64,000 bases of DNA, taken from positions 346-64,345 of the forward strand of contig VBAP01000008.1 in the NCBI GenBank assembly GCA_005882335.1, in the 5' to 3' direction. Positions 61,778-64,000 of this stretch are shown here, piece by piece (within the stretch, counting starts at the first letter, position 1; each line of letters begins with the position of its first letter). The notes below the pieces were generated by a model that worked only from the letters and a program-made list of their open reading frames with translations, searched no databases and had not been told where the DNA came from. The position numbers were made by a program, and so were the translations under genes. The stretch comes from Candidatus Segetimicrobium genomatis (GTDB lineage Bacteria; Sysuimicrobiota; Sysuimicrobiia; Sysuimicrobiales; Kaftiobacteriaceae).

Positions 61778-64000
61778 ATGGTACGTGCCACTCGAGGTTC
61801 GTCCGTCCGCACCCTTCTCAGCGCGTGGCTGATCAGCATGCTGCTGGTCGGATCCACGGCATCCGGGATATTGCTCCCGCGCGTCGCCTTCGCCCAATCC
61901 GTTTCCATTCCGAATCTCGCCCTCTGGGCAACCCACATGGTCACATACGGTCAGGCGAACTGCGCGACGCTGGCCGACCCATCGGTGCCGTTCAGCCAGA
62001 AACTCAACTCCCAGAGCGGCGATGTCTACTACGATGCCGAGCGGGTCTTTTACCAGATCGCCGACTACGCCGGAAATATCGCCTATTGGAACTCCTGCGC
62101 CCAGGTCGCCGAAAGCATCTTTCGGGATCAGTACGTGATCCCCAACAATGGCTCGGTGTATGGCCACTGGAACTTCACGACCGGCCTGCGGATGGACTAC
62201 CAGCGCACCGGTGACACGCAGTCCAAGTACGCCGCGATCCTCCTGTCCCAGAACGCCGCGTTCGCGCGGGACGGAACCCCGCTCGATTACACCACCTCGG
62301 CCGACTACAGCCGCGAGGTGGCCTACGCCATCGTCAGTTACATCAACGCCCAGATTCTCGGCGAGCCGCTGCGCCAGCGGCGCATCGATCTCGTCAACCA
62401 GGCCTACGACCACATGGCGCAGTGGTTCGTGCGCTTCGCCTGGCCCGGCCCCTGGCAGCAAAGCCCCACGGAAACCAGCCGCCTGGCGCCCTTCATGGTC
62501 GGGCTCACCGCGCACGCGCTGATCCGGGACTGGGAAGAAACAAAGGACTCCCGCCTGCTCCCCATCCTGCGATTGGCTGCGGACTGGATGTGGCAGAATG
62601 CCTGGATTCCCTCGGCTTCGTCGATGTGGTACGACAGCGGAAGCATGGGGGCCGGAGCGCCGGACCTCAATCTCCTGGTCGCTCCCATCTACGCGTTTCT
62701 CTACCTGCGGACCGGTGAGACCAAGTACCGCGATGAGGGCGACGCCCTGTTCGCGGGCGGCGTGAGCTTTGCCTACCTCACTGGCGGCAAGCAGTTCGAC
62801 CAGAACTACTGGTGGAGTTTCGATTACGTGACGTGGCGGACCGCCGCGGCAGGACCAGCAGATACCACTCCTCCCACCGTCGCGCTCACGGCTCCGGTCA
62901 GCGGATCCTCGGTCTCCGGCGCCAGCGTCACCGTCTCGGCCAGCGCCTCCGATAACGTCGGCGTTGCCGGGGTCCAGTTCAAGCTCGACGGCGCGAACCT
63001 CGGCGCGGAAGACACCACGGCGCCCTATGCCATCTCTTGGAATACGACCGCCGCCAATGGCGCCCATACCCTTACTGCCGTGGCCCGTGACGCCGCCGGG
63101 AACCGCACCACCTCCGCCCCGGTCAGTGTCACCGTCAACAACCCAGTCGATACCACGCCGCCGCTGATCTCTTCTGTCGCCCTCTCGTCCGTGACGTCGT
63201 CTGGGGCTTCAATCAGCTGGACTACAAACGAACCAAGTGACTCGCAGGTCGAGTATGGTCCGACCGCGAGCTATGGCGGCGTGACTCCGCTCGACGGCGG
63301 CATGGTCACCGCGCATGTGGTTACCCTGAGCGGGCTGGCCCAGGCCGCTTTGTACCACTACCGGGTGAAATCCCGCGATGCGGCGGGCAACCTTGCCGTC
63401 TCCAGCGATTTCACCTTCACGACGCTTGCCCCCGATATCACCAGCGCGCTGCTAGGCTACTGGAAGCTCGATGACGGCAGCGGGGTCACAGCCGCAGATT
63501 CCTCAGGCAATGGGAACACGGGGAGCCTCGTGAACGGGCCCACCTGGACCACCGGCAAAGTCGATGGCGGATTGACCTTGGACGGCGTCAGCCAGTACTA
63601 CCCGCTGACAGTCGGCGCGTGGATCAAGACGTCCTCCACCAGCGGCGTGCGCGGGATCGTCAACAAGTACGTCCCCTTCTCCTCGAACGGCTGGGGGGTG
63701 TTCTTCAGCAACGGCAACCTCTGCGCCTGGTACTTCAAGGACTCGGCCAACTACGTCTATCCCGGCGGCGGCTGCCCATTCAACCTCGCCGGCTACAACG
63801 ACGGCCAGTGGCACCACGTCGCCTTCGTCGTCGACGCCGGCGGCGGCCATCTGTACGTGGACGCCGTGCTCAAGGCGAGCGTGGCCTGGACCGGCACGCC
63901 GGGCGCTCCCTCGACGACCCAGCCTGCTAGTCTCGGCGTCTACCCTGGCGGCGGGGCGGATGTTCCCGGCGGTCCCGGCGCCGGCGAGTACTTCCCCGGC
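61778..64000 (+). CDS. Secreted multidomain protein, paralogue 3: W-rich N-domain, Ig-like domain, FN3-like domain and a C-terminal LamG/ConA-like lectin domain. The 3' end lies beyond the window edge.
   Basis: MVRATRGS...signal...QSVSIPNLALWATHMVTYGQANCA... is homologous to paralogues 1 and 2. The C-terminal part (LLGYWKLDDGSGVTAADSSGNGNTGSLVNGPTWTTGKVDGGLTLDG) is LamG-like. It is not in the ORF track because it runs off the window. Confidence 0.7.
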   Translation, partial: MVRATRGSSVRTLLSAWLISMLLVGSTASGILLPRVAFAQSVSIPNLALWATHMVTYGQANCATLADPSVPFSQKLNSQSGDVYYDAERVFYQIADYAGNIAYWNSCAQVAESIFRDQYVIPNNGSVYGHWNFTTGLRMDYQRTGDTQSKYAAILLSQNAAFARDGTPLDYTTSADYSREVAYAIVSYINAQILGEPLRQRRIDLVNQAYDHMAQWFVRFAWPGPWQQSPTETSRLAPFMVGLTAHALIRDWEETKDSRLLPILRLAADWMWQNAWIPSASSMWYDSGSMGAGAPDLNLLVAPIYAFLYLRTGETKYRDEGDALFAGGVSFAYLTGGKQFDQNYWWSFDYVTWRTAAAGPADTTPPTVALTAPVSGSSVSGASVTVSASASDNVGVAGVQFKLDGANLGAEDTTAPYAISWNTTAANGAHTLTAVARDAAGNRTTSAPVSVTVNNPVDTTPPLISSVALSSVTSSGASISWTTNEPSDSQVEYGPTASYGGVTPLDGGMVTAHVVTLSGLAQAALYHYRVKSRDAAGNLAVSSDFTFTTLAPDITSALLGYWKLDDGSGVTAADSSGNGNTGSLVNGPTWTTGKVDGGLTLDGVSQYYPLTVGAWIKTSSTSGVRGIVNKYVPFSSNGWGVFFSNGNLCAWYFKDSANYVYPGGGCPFNLAGYNDGQWHHVAFVVDAGGGHLYVDAVLKASVAWTGTPGAPSTTQPASLGVYPGGGADVPGGPGAGEYFPG

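Noticed and set aside
56157-63067. Long minus-strand ORFs (56157-58049, 58943-60325, 61415-63067)
   Set aside because: They are antisense to the three paralogous secreted-protein genes, whose frames are supported by mutual homology and signal peptides.

Overview
This is a high-GC (roughly two-thirds G+C) bacterial chromosomal segment, densely coding, with no rRNA or tRNA genes, IS elements or CRISPR arrays detected. Several features stand out.

1. Two tandem paralogous 48-aa secreted Trp-rich peptide genes (39472-40009). One carries a sigma28-type promoter and the other a sigma54-type promoter. Each has its own terminator. They sit directly upstream of a GAF histidine kinase/response regulator pair and beside rpoN, a sigma54 activator, fliA, flaG and a flgN-like gene.

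2. Three c-di-GMP-I (GEMM) riboswitch-like leaders. Each is followed by a conserved hairpin that buries the ribosome-binding site, and each precedes one of three paralogous large secreted proteins with Ig-like and FN3-like domains (56100-64000).

3. A stand-alone complex I Q-module (nuoB-nuoD-nuoI-nuoC, in a non-canonical order) that runs directly into three sulfite-oxidase-family molybdoenzyme genes (4950-11178).

4. An archaic (Csu/SCPU-type) chaperone-usher pilus cluster (26363-30700).

5. A recurring class of intergenic elements. Each is a pair of arms made of tandem 6-9 nt words on one side and their reverse complements on the other, predicted to fold into 25-45 bp hairpins.

Minus-strand core metabolism, in order from the left edge:
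- A 2-oxoacid dehydrogenase operon (E2 partial at the 5' edge, E1beta, E1alpha, lpd).
- A small DUF protein.
- The three molybdoenzymes and the Q-module genes.
- Transketolase.
- A suf Fe-S assembly operon (sufC-sufB-sufD, a Rieske ferredoxin, sufS, sufU).
- Adenosine deaminase.

Plus-strand genes include an ArsR/SRPBCC/VOC trio (11397-12615) and a second E1alpha-E1beta-E2 set (22238-25808).

Regulatory and transport genes in the right half:
- A degenerate GGDEF protein, a REC-GAF-HD-GYP protein, and a roadblock/LC7 protein.
- A nucleotidyltransferase, a LuxR-type regulator, and an XRE-TPR regulator.
- CspA, an SLH-domain protein, and a peptide ABC transporter without local ATPase genes.
- A partner-switching operon (PAS x3 protein, HK, REC-GAF-PP2C-RsbW fusion, STAS).

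Many long ORFs antisense to recognisable genes are GC-driven artefacts and were not called.
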